A DNA stretch of 52,971 nucleotides, taken from Thermoanaerobaculia bacterium. GTDB lineage: Bacteria; Acidobacteriota; Thermoanaerobaculia; UBA5066; Gp7-AA6. Position numbers and translations under genes: made by a program. Positions 18,264 to 27,027 of the stretch are shown here, in pieces. Below the pieces are notes generated by a model, which was given only the letters and a program-made list of their open reading frames with translations, was not told the DNA's origin and searched no databases. The stretch spans positions 1 to 52,971 of the forward strand of contig JBGPCK010000004.1 of assembly GCA_041481715.1 (NCBI GenBank). Reading direction: 5' to 3'. Positions within the stretch are counted from its first letter, which is position 1, and every line of letters starts with the position of its first letter.

Positions 18264-20233
18264 GATTGCCTCCGCTTCGAGAGCTTGTCGAACTCCTCCT
18301 GAGCGAGCCGATACGTCGCCTGCAGCACCTGGTCCTGAACGACCTCGGGCGTCAGACCCTTGACCGTCTCCCGGTATCGGCTCCACCACTCCGCGGCCTC
18401 GCCGCGGATCTTCCAGGTCCCCCCCTTGGCCGTGGAGGCTTCGATCGCCGAGGGGCTCGCGCGCTTCCAGAGCTTGTCGAACCACAGGCGCACGGACTCG
18501 TGGTGCGCCGCCAGGATCGCCACCTGCCAGCGCTCGAGCTCGCGCAGGTACTCGGAGAGCGTCTTCAAGTCCACCGGTTTTCCCTGTTCCAAGGCCGAAA
18601 GGAGCCCCTCCAGCGTATACCGATGTCCGGGAAGGCGGAAGCTCATGGTCGAGTCGCCCGGCATCGTCACACCCTGCACGAGGCCGAGCAGGAACCGTTC
18701 CATATGCCGCGCAAACGAAACGAGCGCATGCAAGGCGGTTAGATCCGGCCCCTCCCCGGAGGCCGGCTCGGGCGCCCGCTCCGCCAGAAGCACCTTCCAG
18801 GGCACCGCTCCCGCCGGCCGGCGCTCGGGCGGTGCGGCTGGTGCCCGCTCGGCCCGGACCTGCTCGAGTCGTTGCTCGAGGTCATGAATGCGGTGCAGCA
18901 GCCTCGGCAGCTCGTCGGCCTCGGCGGGCGGCGGCGCGCCCACGACGGGGAACTGAACGCGGATCTGCGAAAGAATGCGGCTTCGGTTCTCGGGAGCGAT
19001 CGCCGCGAGCGAGCGGTTGACCAGAGCCTTCAGCACGGTGCGGCGGTCCTCGGGCGTGGAAAAGCGATAGAGCGTCGCCGCCTCCTCGAGCTCCAGTGCG
19101 ATCGCCCGCGCGCGCTGGTCGAGGACCCGGTCCCCCGTCGTCGAAAAGGCTGGCTCCGTCCCCCGCTCCGGCCGGGAGACCGGGGCCGGTTCCCGCTCGG
19201 TCGCAGGCGCGGCGGCTTCTTCCTCGGCCCGCGCCGCCGCCCGAGCGGCGGCGGCATCCCTGCGAAGGCGCGTGGAGGCCACGGTTTCATCGTCGAGCCG
19301 AGAGATTCGAGCGCTCTTGGAAGGCGCGGCGGTGGAGACGACGGTCTTTCGAGGCGCGGACCGGCGGGGCGGGGCGGGCGCCTCGGCGCGAACACCCTCT
19401 TCCAGAAGCCAGCCCCCCACGGCATCGTCGACCCTGGCGAGCAACGCAGCGAGCAGGGTTACCGCCGCAGCCGATTCCGCCTCCACGGAAGGAAAGGCGC
19501 CGAGCCGGCCCGCGACAGCGGAGGCGAGCTGCCTTGCGCGCGGGGACAATGGCGACGCGCCGGGGACCCCCTTCGATTCGACCGGCGTCGAGAGGAACCG
19601 CTGCAGCCAGGCCAAGGAACCCCGGAAGAGTGCCCCCTTCCAGAGCCCGTCGAGCGTCTCCGCGCGCGTGTGCCGCGCCCGGGAGAAGCCCTTCTCGACG
19701 AGGGCATCTCCGCAGCGAAGAACGGCGTCCGCCAGGTGCCGGCTGTCCACGAACGCCTCCCCCCGGCGTCGGGCGGCTTCGCGCGCGAGCGCGAGGATCT
19801 TGCGCAAGGAACCGTCGGCCTCGAGCTCCTCGGCCGACCGTTCCGGTGCCGAAGCCTCCGTCCGCGGCTCCGCCACGAGCTCGACGCGCACGGGGGTCGT
19901 CGAGAGTAGGAAGATCTCGCCGGATTCGATCGCGATCTCGCCAATCACGGGCTTGTTCCGGACGTAGGTCCCGTTGGTGCTCTTCAGATCCTTCAGGAAG
20001 AGCTTCCCGCCCGAGCACCGCAGCTCCGCGTGGAACGAAGAGATGCCATCCCCTTCCGACAGCACGAACTGGTTTTCCAGGCCGCGCTTTTCGTCGGCGC
20101 GGCGGCGTCCGATGCGGACAATCGTGTCCGCCGAGGACGGCGCCGGCTCGAGGTGCCGCATCCCCTCCATCGGGCCAAGCCAGACATCCAGGCTAAGCAC
20201 GGGGTCTGAGGCCCGCACCGGACGGTCCGCCAA
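18260..20233 (-). CDS. FHA-domain T6SS protein (Fha/TagH-like) with internal Clp N-terminal domain
   Basis: FHA motifs IGRR, ISSFHA, DLKSTNGT; Clp-repeat-like LRKILALAREAARRRGEAFVDSRHLADAVL and PLSPRARQL...TLLAALL; TagH-like C-terminus (WQVAILAA...SPSAIEA...WWSRY). Confidence 0.85.
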   Translation of the reverse strand: MADRPVRASDPVLSLDVWLGPMEGMRHLEPAPSSADTIVRIGRRRADEKRGLENQFVLSEGDGISSFHAELRCSGGKLFLKDLKSTNGTYVRNKPVIGEIAIESGEIFLLSTTPVRVELVAEPRTEASAPERSAEELEADGSLRKILALAREAARRRGEAFVDSRHLADAVLRCGDALVEKGFSRARHTRAETLDGLWKGALFRGSLAWLQRFLSTPVESKGVPGASPLSPRARQLASAVAGRLGAFPSVEAESAAAVTLLAALLARVDDAVGGWLLEEGVRAEAPAPPRRSAPRKTVVSTAAPSKSARISRLDDETVASTRLRRDAAAARAAARAEEEAAAPATEREPAPVSRPERGTEPAFSTTGDRVLDQRARAIALELEEAATLYRFSTPEDRRTVLKALVNRSLAAIAPENRSRILSQIRVQFPVVGAPPPAEADELPRLLHRIHDLEQRLEQVRAERAPAAPPERRPAGAVPWKVLLAERAPEPASGEGPDLTALHALVSFARHMERFLLGLVQGVTMPGDSTMSFRLPGHRYTLEGLLSALEQGKPVDLKTLSEYLRELERWQVAILAAHHESVRLWFDKLWKRASPSAIEASTAKGGTWKIRGEAAEWWSRYRETVKGLTPEVVQDQVLQATYRLAQEEFDKLSKRRQS

Positions 20234-20420
20234 CGGAGTCTCTCAGCCCGCCCGGCGGCCGGTCAGGCGCCGCAGCCTTTTCAAGAGGGCTCCGTTGCCA
20301 GCCGGCAGGCGATCAAAGAAAACTCGATCCCAGAAATGGATGCGGTCTTCTCGGTCTTTTCCGGTCTCACGGGTTCTGCGAGCATTATAAACAGCGTCCG
20401 TCTCGCGCGGCGGCGCGAGC

Positions 20421-22628
20421 TCAAGCGACTGGCGTTCTCGGCCCGCCCTCGCGCCGGACCGGACCCGTGGCGTCGGCGATCTTCTCGGTCAACAGCTCGG
20501 CGAGCACGTGTTGGATCTCCAGGTTCGTTCCCTGCCGGCCGAAGAGGAGTCCCCTCGCTTCCCCGGCGAGCAACTCGATCTCGTTGCCGAGCCGCTCGAT
20601 CTTTTCGGTGGGATGCTTCTCATCGTAGTCGGCCGGGTTAATGCAAAGGGAGAACCCCGATAGCCGCGTCGCCAAACGTAGACCAAGAAGGAGCGCCCGC
20701 TTCCAGAGAGCGTCGGGTATGGCGTTGGGGCGCTCTGCCTCGCGATCCAGAGCCTGGTAGAAGACGTTGGCCTTTCGGAACGCGGTGGCGAGCTCCGCGT
20801 CGCGCTCGATCAGGACCGCGGCTCCCGGACCAGACAGAACGTTTGCCAGGGTCGTGTCTCCGGCCGCCGCGAGGCGTTTTCCGACCTTCTCGACGGCAGC
20901 CTGGATCCGCCGGGCGTCCTGGCCGTCGTTGCCGATGAGCAGCCGCAGCAGGATGACGCCCAGGGAGTAGAGGTCGCTCGGGGCGGCGAAGTCCGAGTAA
21001 ATCTTGTAGAGGGCGCCCGGGATCCGGACGCCGGAGCTCTTCTTCAGGCGCTGCGCGGCGGCTTCCTCGAGCGCCATCGGCTCGCTGATGAAGTGAACCT
21101 CGTTCGCGTCCCCCGTCGCCCGCGGGTCCCGCCGGGCGGCGAAAGTCAGCGCGGAGAACCCAAGCGCATCGTTGTCCAGCGTAACCAGAATCCAATCGCG
21201 GTCGCTCGGATCCGGGTAGATCCCGTACGGATCCGAAAGGCGGCCATGAAGGCGCCAGCCCCGCTCCGCATCGCGGCTCGCCGGGCCCGCCTCCACCTCC
21301 GAGATGACCAGTTGCGCCGGGCGCGTCGGCGTCAAGTGGAACTCGAGCACTTCCGGCGGCGCGTAGGGAGCGAAGGCATTGCGCGGCGGGACCGTGACCT
21401 CTGCGACGCCCGCCAACCGCTCCGAACGGGCGGCCGAAGACAAGCCGTGAAGCCGCGCCCGGAACGTCCAGGCGGAGGGCAGTCCCTCGCCCGCCGCCGA
21501 CAGATCGAAGAGCACGTGGCGCGGGTGAAGGTCGAGGTGCGGCCGGCCGGTGTGCCGAGAGTACGCGAGCAGGCCCGCAACGATCTGGCGGAAGGCGGAA
21601 AGCTTCAAATAGAAGACTTCGACCGCGTCCATGCCCGACCCGTCGGCCCCGAAGAGCAGCCGCCCTTGCGCGGGGAGCGCCACCGGGTAGCGCAGCCGCG
21701 CCCCGAGCGACAGGGAGCGCGGAACCGGCTTCTCGCCGAGGAACGATTCGGGCAGCCGACCTCCGAGCCAGTCCGCGAACTCGTCGAGCGAGAGCTGGCC
21801 CAGCCCCGTCAACAGGTAGGGCGAGTCGTAGAAATTCAGCGGCGCCCAGCGCCCCTCCCAGAACGGGGCGGCCCGCATGCCCGACGCGAACGCGGTCTGA
21901 AACTGCCGCGCCGCCTCGCGGCAGCCAGCGCATGGAAAGGACTCGGCCACCGGACTCGACTCCGTCGCGCCCGCCAGCGCCTCCCCAAGGTCGCGATAGA
22001 GATCCACCGCCGTCAGGCTCTCCCCTTCCGGGGTTTTCGCCGGCGCCTCGAAGCTGTAGAACGGCGAGGGCGGATTCTCCGCCGCGCACCGCGGGCAAAA
22101 GAGAAAGCGCTCGAGCGAGGACGCAAAGAGTGGCAGCCGCGCCGCCGCAAGCACGGCGTCCTCACGACAGGTCTCCAGGGCCGTGCCGCAGCGGGGACAG
22201 GGAGGTGAAAAGAAACATCGGTCCGGAACGCAGAAGAGAAGGGGCGGGAGCCGTTCGGGCGCCTGCCCGCCGGGCCGCAGAAACCGAGGCACGGAGAGTC
22301 CCGCGGCGCCGAGCTCCCGCAGGCGCCCGGACTCCAGGCTCCATCGCTCCTCGATCGAAGCGTTGTTCAGGGAGGGGTCCGGAATCACGGGCAGCGGGTG
22401 CGCGTTGCGTGGCAGTTTCAACGCCGCAAAGTCCAGGACACTGTCCCCGTCTCCTTTGAGGATGGCGAGGTACACCCGCGCAAAGTCCTCTTCCTCCGAA
22501 AGCACGAGGAACGGGCCGGCCCCGTCCGCCGCGGATTCCGACACCACGACCTGCAGAGAGAACGCTGCGGGCTCGGCCGGCAGGATCGGCGCGGACTCGA
22601 CGGGCGCCATGAGCGACGAGGATGTCAT
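20421..22628 (-). CDS. Cys-rich, degenerate Ser/Thr protein kinase-like protein (~735 aa)
   Basis: FARVYLA...AALKL, HLDLHPRHVLF, YAPPE, SDLYSLGVILLRLL; CxxC motifs inserted. Start 22628 or 22610; the track ORF extension to 23471 is antisense to the tlpA-like gene. Confidence 0.8.
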   Translation of the reverse strand: MTSSSLMAPVESAPILPAEPAAFSLQVVVSESAADGAGPFLVLSEEEDFARVYLAILKGDGDSVLDFAALKLPRNAHPLPVIPDPSLNNASIEERWSLESGRLRELGAAGLSVPRFLRPGGQAPERLPPLLFCVPDRCFFSPPCPRCGTALETCREDAVLAAARLPLFASSLERFLFCPRCAAENPPSPFYSFEAPAKTPEGESLTAVDLYRDLGEALAGATESSPVAESFPCAGCREAARQFQTAFASGMRAAPFWEGRWAPLNFYDSPYLLTGLGQLSLDEFADWLGGRLPESFLGEKPVPRSLSLGARLRYPVALPAQGRLLFGADGSGMDAVEVFYLKLSAFRQIVAGLLAYSRHTGRPHLDLHPRHVLFDLSAAGEGLPSAWTFRARLHGLSSAARSERLAGVAEVTVPPRNAFAPYAPPEVLEFHLTPTRPAQLVISEVEAGPASRDAERGWRLHGRLSDPYGIYPDPSDRDWILVTLDNDALGFSALTFAARRDPRATGDANEVHFISEPMALEEAAAQRLKKSSGVRIPGALYKIYSDFAAPSDLYSLGVILLRLLIGNDGQDARRIQAAVEKVGKRLAAAGDTTLANVLSGPGAAVLIERDAELATAFRKANVFYQALDREAERPNAIPDALWKRALLLGLRLATRLSGFSLCINPADYDEKHPTEKIERLGNEIELLAGEARGLLFGRQGTNLEIQHVLAELLTEKIADATGPVRREGGPRTPVA

Positions 22629-22760
22629 CGGTGCAACGATTTTAAGGCCACCCGCGGCGGCCGAGACGGCGTCCTTCCCCTTTTTCGCGGGGCGATGGGC
22701 CCAGGCTCCCCGGCGGCCCTGGAGGAAATAATCGCCCCCGGCGGCCCGTTCCAGGGAGCG

Positions 22761-23258
22761 ATGAAAGCCTTGATGCTGGGCTTCTCGCTGGGCCTGGCCG
22801 CGCTCAGCGCGCGCACCGAGGAGCCGACACCACCCTTCCCCGACCTCGAGCTCGCCGGCGCAGACGGCGGCTCCATTCGGCTTTCGCAGCTCAAGGGCAA
22901 CGTCGTTCTCCTGAACGTGTGGGCCACCTGGTGCGGTCCCTGCCGGATGGAGCTTCCCATCGTGCAGAAGATGTATGACAAGTACAGCGACCGCAACTTC
23001 GTCGTGCTCGCCGTGAACATCGACGCGGACCGCCGGCGCGTCGAGCCGTTCCTGAAGCACTACAACCTGTCGCTGCCGATCTACTACGCCGCCCCGGAAG
23101 AGGCCGGGGCAATGACGGCGATGGGCATTCCCTCGACGTTCATCCTCGGGCCCGACCGGATCCTCATCGATCAGGCGGTCGGATACTCTCCGGACGTCGA
23201 GGACCGCTGGAAGCAAGTCATCGAAAAACACCTCAAGGCACGCAAGCCCTCTCGCTAA
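22761..23258 (+). CDS. TlpA-family thiol-disulfide oxidoreductase
   Basis: Signal peptide; VLLNVWATWCGPCRMELP; IPSTFIL; SD GGGAG. Confidence 0.92.
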   Translation: MKALMLGFSLGLAALSARTEEPTPPFPDLELAGADGGSIRLSQLKGNVVLLNVWATWCGPCRMELPIVQKMYDKYSDRNFVVLAVNIDADRRRVEPFLKHYNLSLPIYYAAPEEAGAMTAMGIPSTFILGPDRILIDQAVGYSPDVEDRWKQVIEKHLKARKPSR

Positions 23259-23286
23259 CCTGGAATCCCCCTTCCTATGGAGGCAC

Positions 23287-23931
23287 GTGATGAAGCTCCG
23301 CATCCTTTGCATGGCAGTGGCCGCCTTTCTCGCGACGTCGGCGCTCTTCGCGCAGGTGCGTGAAGGTACCGTCGAGATCGAGCCCTTCGCCGGGTACCTG
23401 TGGGGCGGGCGATTCGCGCACGGAACGACGGAGCTCTTCACCTCCACCGTCGACGTTGACGACCACGCCACCTACGGTGGGCGGATCGGATTCAACGCGA
23501 CGCAAGTTTTCGAGCTCGAATTTCAGTACTCGCGCACCGACACGGCCTTCGTGACGGGCAACGGCGGCGGTGTCTTCGGCCCCGGGCCCGCCAAGCTGGG
23601 AGACCTGAAGATCGAGTACTTCCTCGGTTACGCCACCTTCAACTTCGGTCACAGTCGCGTGGTGCCCTTCTTCACGGTCGGGGCGGGCGCGGCCCATCTG
23701 ACCCCGACGGTCGAGGGAGCCAACCCGGCGGCGAGCACTCGCTTCACCGCGAGCCTCGGCGGCGGTGTCAAGGTCTTCGTCACTCCACACTTTGGATTTC
23801 GTTTCGACGGGCGCGCGTATACGACATCGCTCGGAACCACGAACCACTCCTCCTGCGACCGATGGGGCTGTACGAACTCGAGCTGGCTCACCAACGGAGA
23901 GGCGAGCGGCGGGATTCTCTTCGCCTTCTAG
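23287..23931 (+). CDS. Outer-membrane beta-barrel protein (OmpA-like transmembrane domain)
   Basis: Signal peptide, amphipathic beta strands (YGGRIGFN, PFFTVGAG, GGGVKVF), C-terminal Phe. Confidence 0.85.
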   Translation: MMKLRILCMAVAAFLATSALFAQVREGTVEIEPFAGYLWGGRFAHGTTELFTSTVDVDDHATYGGRIGFNATQVFELEFQYSRTDTAFVTGNGGGVFGPGPAKLGDLKIEYFLGYATFNFGHSRVVPFFTVGAGAAHLTPTVEGANPAASTRFTASLGGGVKVFVTPHFGFRFDGRAYTTSLGTTNHSSCDRWGCTNSSWLTNGEASGGILFAF

Positions 23932-23964
23932 CTAGACCTCTGCGCGGCCGCCGCGCGGCCGCCG

Positions 23965-24399
23965 CTATCCATCGGTAGCGCGACTCACACGGATCCGGCG
24001 GCCATCCCCGGCGACCGCCTCCAGCCGAACCTCGACGGTCGGCGGCAGCAGCGCGGCGAGCGAGCGGTTCGGCCATTCGACCAGCACGGGCGCGCCCCCG
24101 ACGGATTCGGGCAGGCCCAGCGCGTCGAGCTCCCGCGGCGCGTCCACCAGCCGGTAGAGATCGAGGTGGCGGAGCACGATCCGGCCGTCCTGCCCCGCGT
24201 ATTCATGCAACAAGGCGAAGGTGGGCGAGGCCACCTCGCGGGCCGCGGCGCCCAATCCTCGCGCGACCCCGCGAGCCAGGCACGTCTTCCCGGAGCCGAG
24301 ATCGCCGATGAGATAGACGATGTCCGAGTCGGAGAGGGTCGCCGACAAGCGCTCTCCGATCTGCTCGGTTTCTTCCTCGCTTCGAGAGATCGTTTCCAA
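23965..24399 (-). CDS. tsaE: tRNA t6A biosynthesis ATPase TsaE
   Basis: TTG start (LETISRSEEET); GDLGSGKT, SPTF, HLDLYRL, VEW. Confidence 0.93.
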   Translation of the reverse strand: METISRSEEETEQIGERLSATLSDSDIVYLIGDLGSGKTCLARGVARGLGAAAREVASPTFALLHEYAGQDGRIVLRHLDLYRLVDAPRELDALGLPESVGGAPVLVEWPNRSLAALLPPTVEVRLEAVAGDGRRIRVSRATDG

Positions 24400-24403
24400 G
24401 GGA

Positions 24404-25984
24404 TCAGCGGTCCGCTGAGTCCTCCAGGCTCTCGCTTCGGGCGGAATGGCGAGAGTGAGCACCCGAGAGCTCCCGTCGCGCAAGCGGCAGCGCGTCGGCG
24501 AGCTCGCTCGCGAGAAGACCCGCGTCTCCGAGCCACTCTGCCAGGACCTGCCCTGCGGCGCCGTGCAGCCACGCCGCGGCCAGAGCCGCATCCACTCCGT
24601 CCATCCCCCCGGCCACGAAGGCTCCGAGCGCTCCGGCCAGCACGTCTCCGGATCCGGCCGTCGACATCAACGGTGTCCCGGTGGGATTGACGGTCACGTG
24701 CCTCGCGCCGCGCTCCGCCACGAGGCTCGCCGCGCCCTTGAGAAGCACGATGCCGCGACTGCGGCGCGCGAGCCGCCGCGCGGCGGAGAACCGGTTCGCC
24801 TGGATCTCGCGCGTGGAGACTCCAAGCAGTCGCGCCGCCTCCCCCGGGTGCGGAGTCAGGATCCGCGACGCGAAGACTTCCGGCCTGCCGGCGAAGGCGT
24901 TCAAGGCGTCGGCGTCGCAGACGAGGGGAAGCCTCGTTTCGAGCAGGCGCCGCAGGAACGCGACGGTCCCCGGACCGGTCGAGAGTCCCGGCCCCACCAC
25001 GGCCGCGTCGAAGGACCGCAGCGCGGCGAGCGCCGGCCGGGCGGCGCTTTCCGAGATGGCCCCGCTCTCCTCGGGCAACCCGAGGGTCATGGCCTCCGGG
25101 AGCGCGGTCACGAGGTGCTCTTGAAGCGACTCGGCGCAAAAGATCGTGACGAGCCCCGCGCCGGCGCGCAGCGCTCCACGCGCCGCCAGGATCGCCGCCC
25201 CCACCTTTCCCCGGGAGCCCGCGATGACCGCCAGCCGGCCGAAACTTCCCTTGTGCGAGTCCTGGGGTCTTGCCGGAAAGAGCCGTCGCACGTCGCCGAC
25301 CTCAGCTAATTGGACCAGCGACCCCAGCCTGCCGAGAATCGCGCGCGAGATTCCGATGTCGGCGACGACGATGTTTCCGCAGAGACCCCGCGCGGGAAAG
25401 GCGACGTGACAGATCTTGGGCGCTCCGAATGCGACGGTCCTCGACGCGCGGACGGCCGGCCCGATCCGCTCGCCGGTGTCTGAGGAGAGACCGGACGGTA
25501 GGTCCGCCGCGATGACCGGCCGCCCCGCACGGTTGATCGCGGCCACGGTCCGGGCGGCGATTCCCTCGAGCGGCCGAGAGAGGCCCGTGCCGAAGAGCGC
25601 GTCCACCACGGTCTCCGCTTGCGCGAGCGCCTGCGCGAGCGAGGCGACGCTTCCCGCGGACCCCAGGGAGACGATCGAGAGGCCCGCGGCTCGCGCGCGC
25701 GCGGCGTTCTCCGCCGCATCGCCGCGGTAAGACTCCGGGTTGCGCAGCGTGAAGATGCGCACCGGGATCCCCCGCCGGAAGAGGAGGCGCGCCGCGGCCA
25801 GGCCGTCTCCTCCGTTGTTGCCGGGCCCGCAGACCACGACGACCTCTCGCGGAGCGTCGGCCCGGCAGACCTCTTCGACGAGGGCGGACGCCGCGTTTTC
25901 CATCAGGAGCGAAGACGCAACGCCGCCTCGGATCGCCGCCGCGTCCGCGCGCTTCATCCGCCGGGCGTCGAGCACCGGAATCAG
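24404..25984 (-). CDS. nnr: Bifunctional NAD(P)H-hydrate epimerase/dehydratase
   Basis: LMENAA, GPGNNGGDG, DALFGTG, DLPSG, SHKGSFG, GAGLV, DADAL, TPHPGE, GSGDVLAG. Start probably CTG 25984 (GGAGG upstream) or GTG 25975. Confidence 0.93.
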   Translation of the reverse strand: MIPVLDARRMKRADAAAIRGGVASSLLMENAASALVEEVCRADAPREVVVVCGPGNNGGDGLAAARLLFRRGIPVRIFTLRNPESYRGDAAENAARARAAGLSIVSLGSAGSVASLAQALAQAETVVDALFGTGLSRPLEGIAARTVAAINRAGRPVIAADLPSGLSSDTGERIGPAVRASRTVAFGAPKICHVAFPARGLCGNIVVADIGISRAILGRLGSLVQLAEVGDVRRLFPARPQDSHKGSFGRLAVIAGSRGKVGAAILAARGALRAGAGLVTIFCAESLQEHLVTALPEAMTLGLPEESGAISESAARPALAALRSFDAAVVGPGLSTGPGTVAFLRRLLETRLPLVCDADALNAFAGRPEVFASRILTPHPGEAARLLGVSTREIQANRFSAARRLARRSRGIVLLKGAASLVAERGARHVTVNPTGTPLMSTAGSGDVLAGALGAFVAGGMDGVDAALAAAWLHGAAGQVLAEWLGDAGLLASELADALPLARRELSGAHSRHSARSESLEDSADR

Positions 25985-26682
25985 GAGGCACCTCCGCGCG
26001 CAAGAGTCGCCAACGCCTCTGCGGTCGCGCTCGGGTAGTCGGGCTCGGAAGGATCGCGGCTGGCCACGTCGGCGCGAAGCTTCACCAGGTCTTCCGGTCG
26101 GTCGACATCGTAGGAGGCCGGCAGCAGCCGGGAGGACAGCCCGGCGCCGGCCAACCGCTCGAGAGTGACCTCCAGCACGTCGCAAGAGGACCAGGGAATG
26201 TCGCGAAACACCTCATCGACCGGCGCCTCACGGTCGAGCCCGATGACGCAGTAGCCTCCGTCCTCGGCGGGGATCAACACCGCCCGCTCGCCCGCGCCTA
26301 GAAGTGAGAAGACCTCCTCGATACGCCGCCGCGCAAGCGCCGGATGGTCGGATCCAACGGCCAGCGCCGCCGGCGCCCCGCGCCGGAACTCCTCGGCAAA
26401 CGCGGCCGCCAAACGCGCGCCGAGGTCCCCTTCGGCCTGCCGCTGCCCGCGCCACGGCGGACCGAAGAGCTCCGGAAGCGGCGGCACGCTCGGGTCCGGT
26501 TCCGCGCAGAGCACTCGGGACCATGACGCCCGAGAGCCATAGCACCGAGCGGCGTCTTCCAGAAAGGCTCGGTAGAGAAGCGCCGCGCCCGCCTCTCCCA
26601 GCGCCGGCGCCAAGCGCGTCTTCACGCGGCCCGTCTCGGGAGCGCGCGCGAAGAGCAGAAGCGAAGGAGGCGTCGGGGCCAC
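25981..26682 (-). CDS. DUF2064 / glycosyltransferase-A-like protein
   Basis: FARAPETGRVKTRL, QAEGDLGARL, VGSDHP, PAEDGGY, IPWS, YDVDRPEDL. Confidence 0.88.
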   Translation of the reverse strand: MAPTPPSLLLFARAPETGRVKTRLAPALGEAGAALLYRAFLEDAARCYGSRASWSRVLCAEPDPSVPPLPELFGPPWRGQRQAEGDLGARLAAAFAEEFRRGAPAALAVGSDHPALARRRIEEVFSLLGAGERAVLIPAEDGGYCVIGLDREAPVDEVFRDIPWSSCDVLEVTLERLAGAGLSSRLLPASYDVDRPEDLVKLRADVASRDPSEPDYPSATAEALATLARGGAS

Positions 26683-26743
26683 GCCCCGATTATCGGTCAA
26701 CCCCGCTCGGGCCCCGAGGGGCGGCGCGCGTCTCGCCGCTCCC

Positions 26744-27027
26744 AGCAGGGTGCTGAAGAATGGATGCGGGCGTCGCGGCTGAGCTTCGGCCGCGGGCATT
26801 CGCTTCGCGAACGGCGGCCGAGAACTTCAAAGACCGGAGCAGGCCGGGGCCGTGGCTCAGGCGCCACAAACTGCTCTGCGCCCTCGTTCGGGCGCGCCGA
26901 GCGCCCGCTTAAAGACCTTGTTGCCGCTCCTCGACGATGCGGACGGCATCGCCTGCGTCGCGTCGCCTCGCATCTGGCCCCGCGGCGCTCGCAACGCCGC
27001 TCCACACCATATCTTCAGCAACCTGCT
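26744..27027. mobile_element. MITE-like element with 16-bp terminal inverted repeats
   Basis: AGCAGGGTGCTGAAGA (26744-26759) versus TCTTCAGCAACCTGCT (27012-27027), 15/16 complementary; no credible ORF inside; internal hairpins. Confidence 0.65.

Noticed and set aside
22629-23471. 1016-aa version of the kinase-like ORF
   Set aside because: The extension overlaps the tlpA-like and beta-barrel genes on the opposite strand.
25981-26682. DUF2064 gene as an arsenosugar/selenosugar pathway
   Set aside because: No partner pathway genes adjacent in the window.
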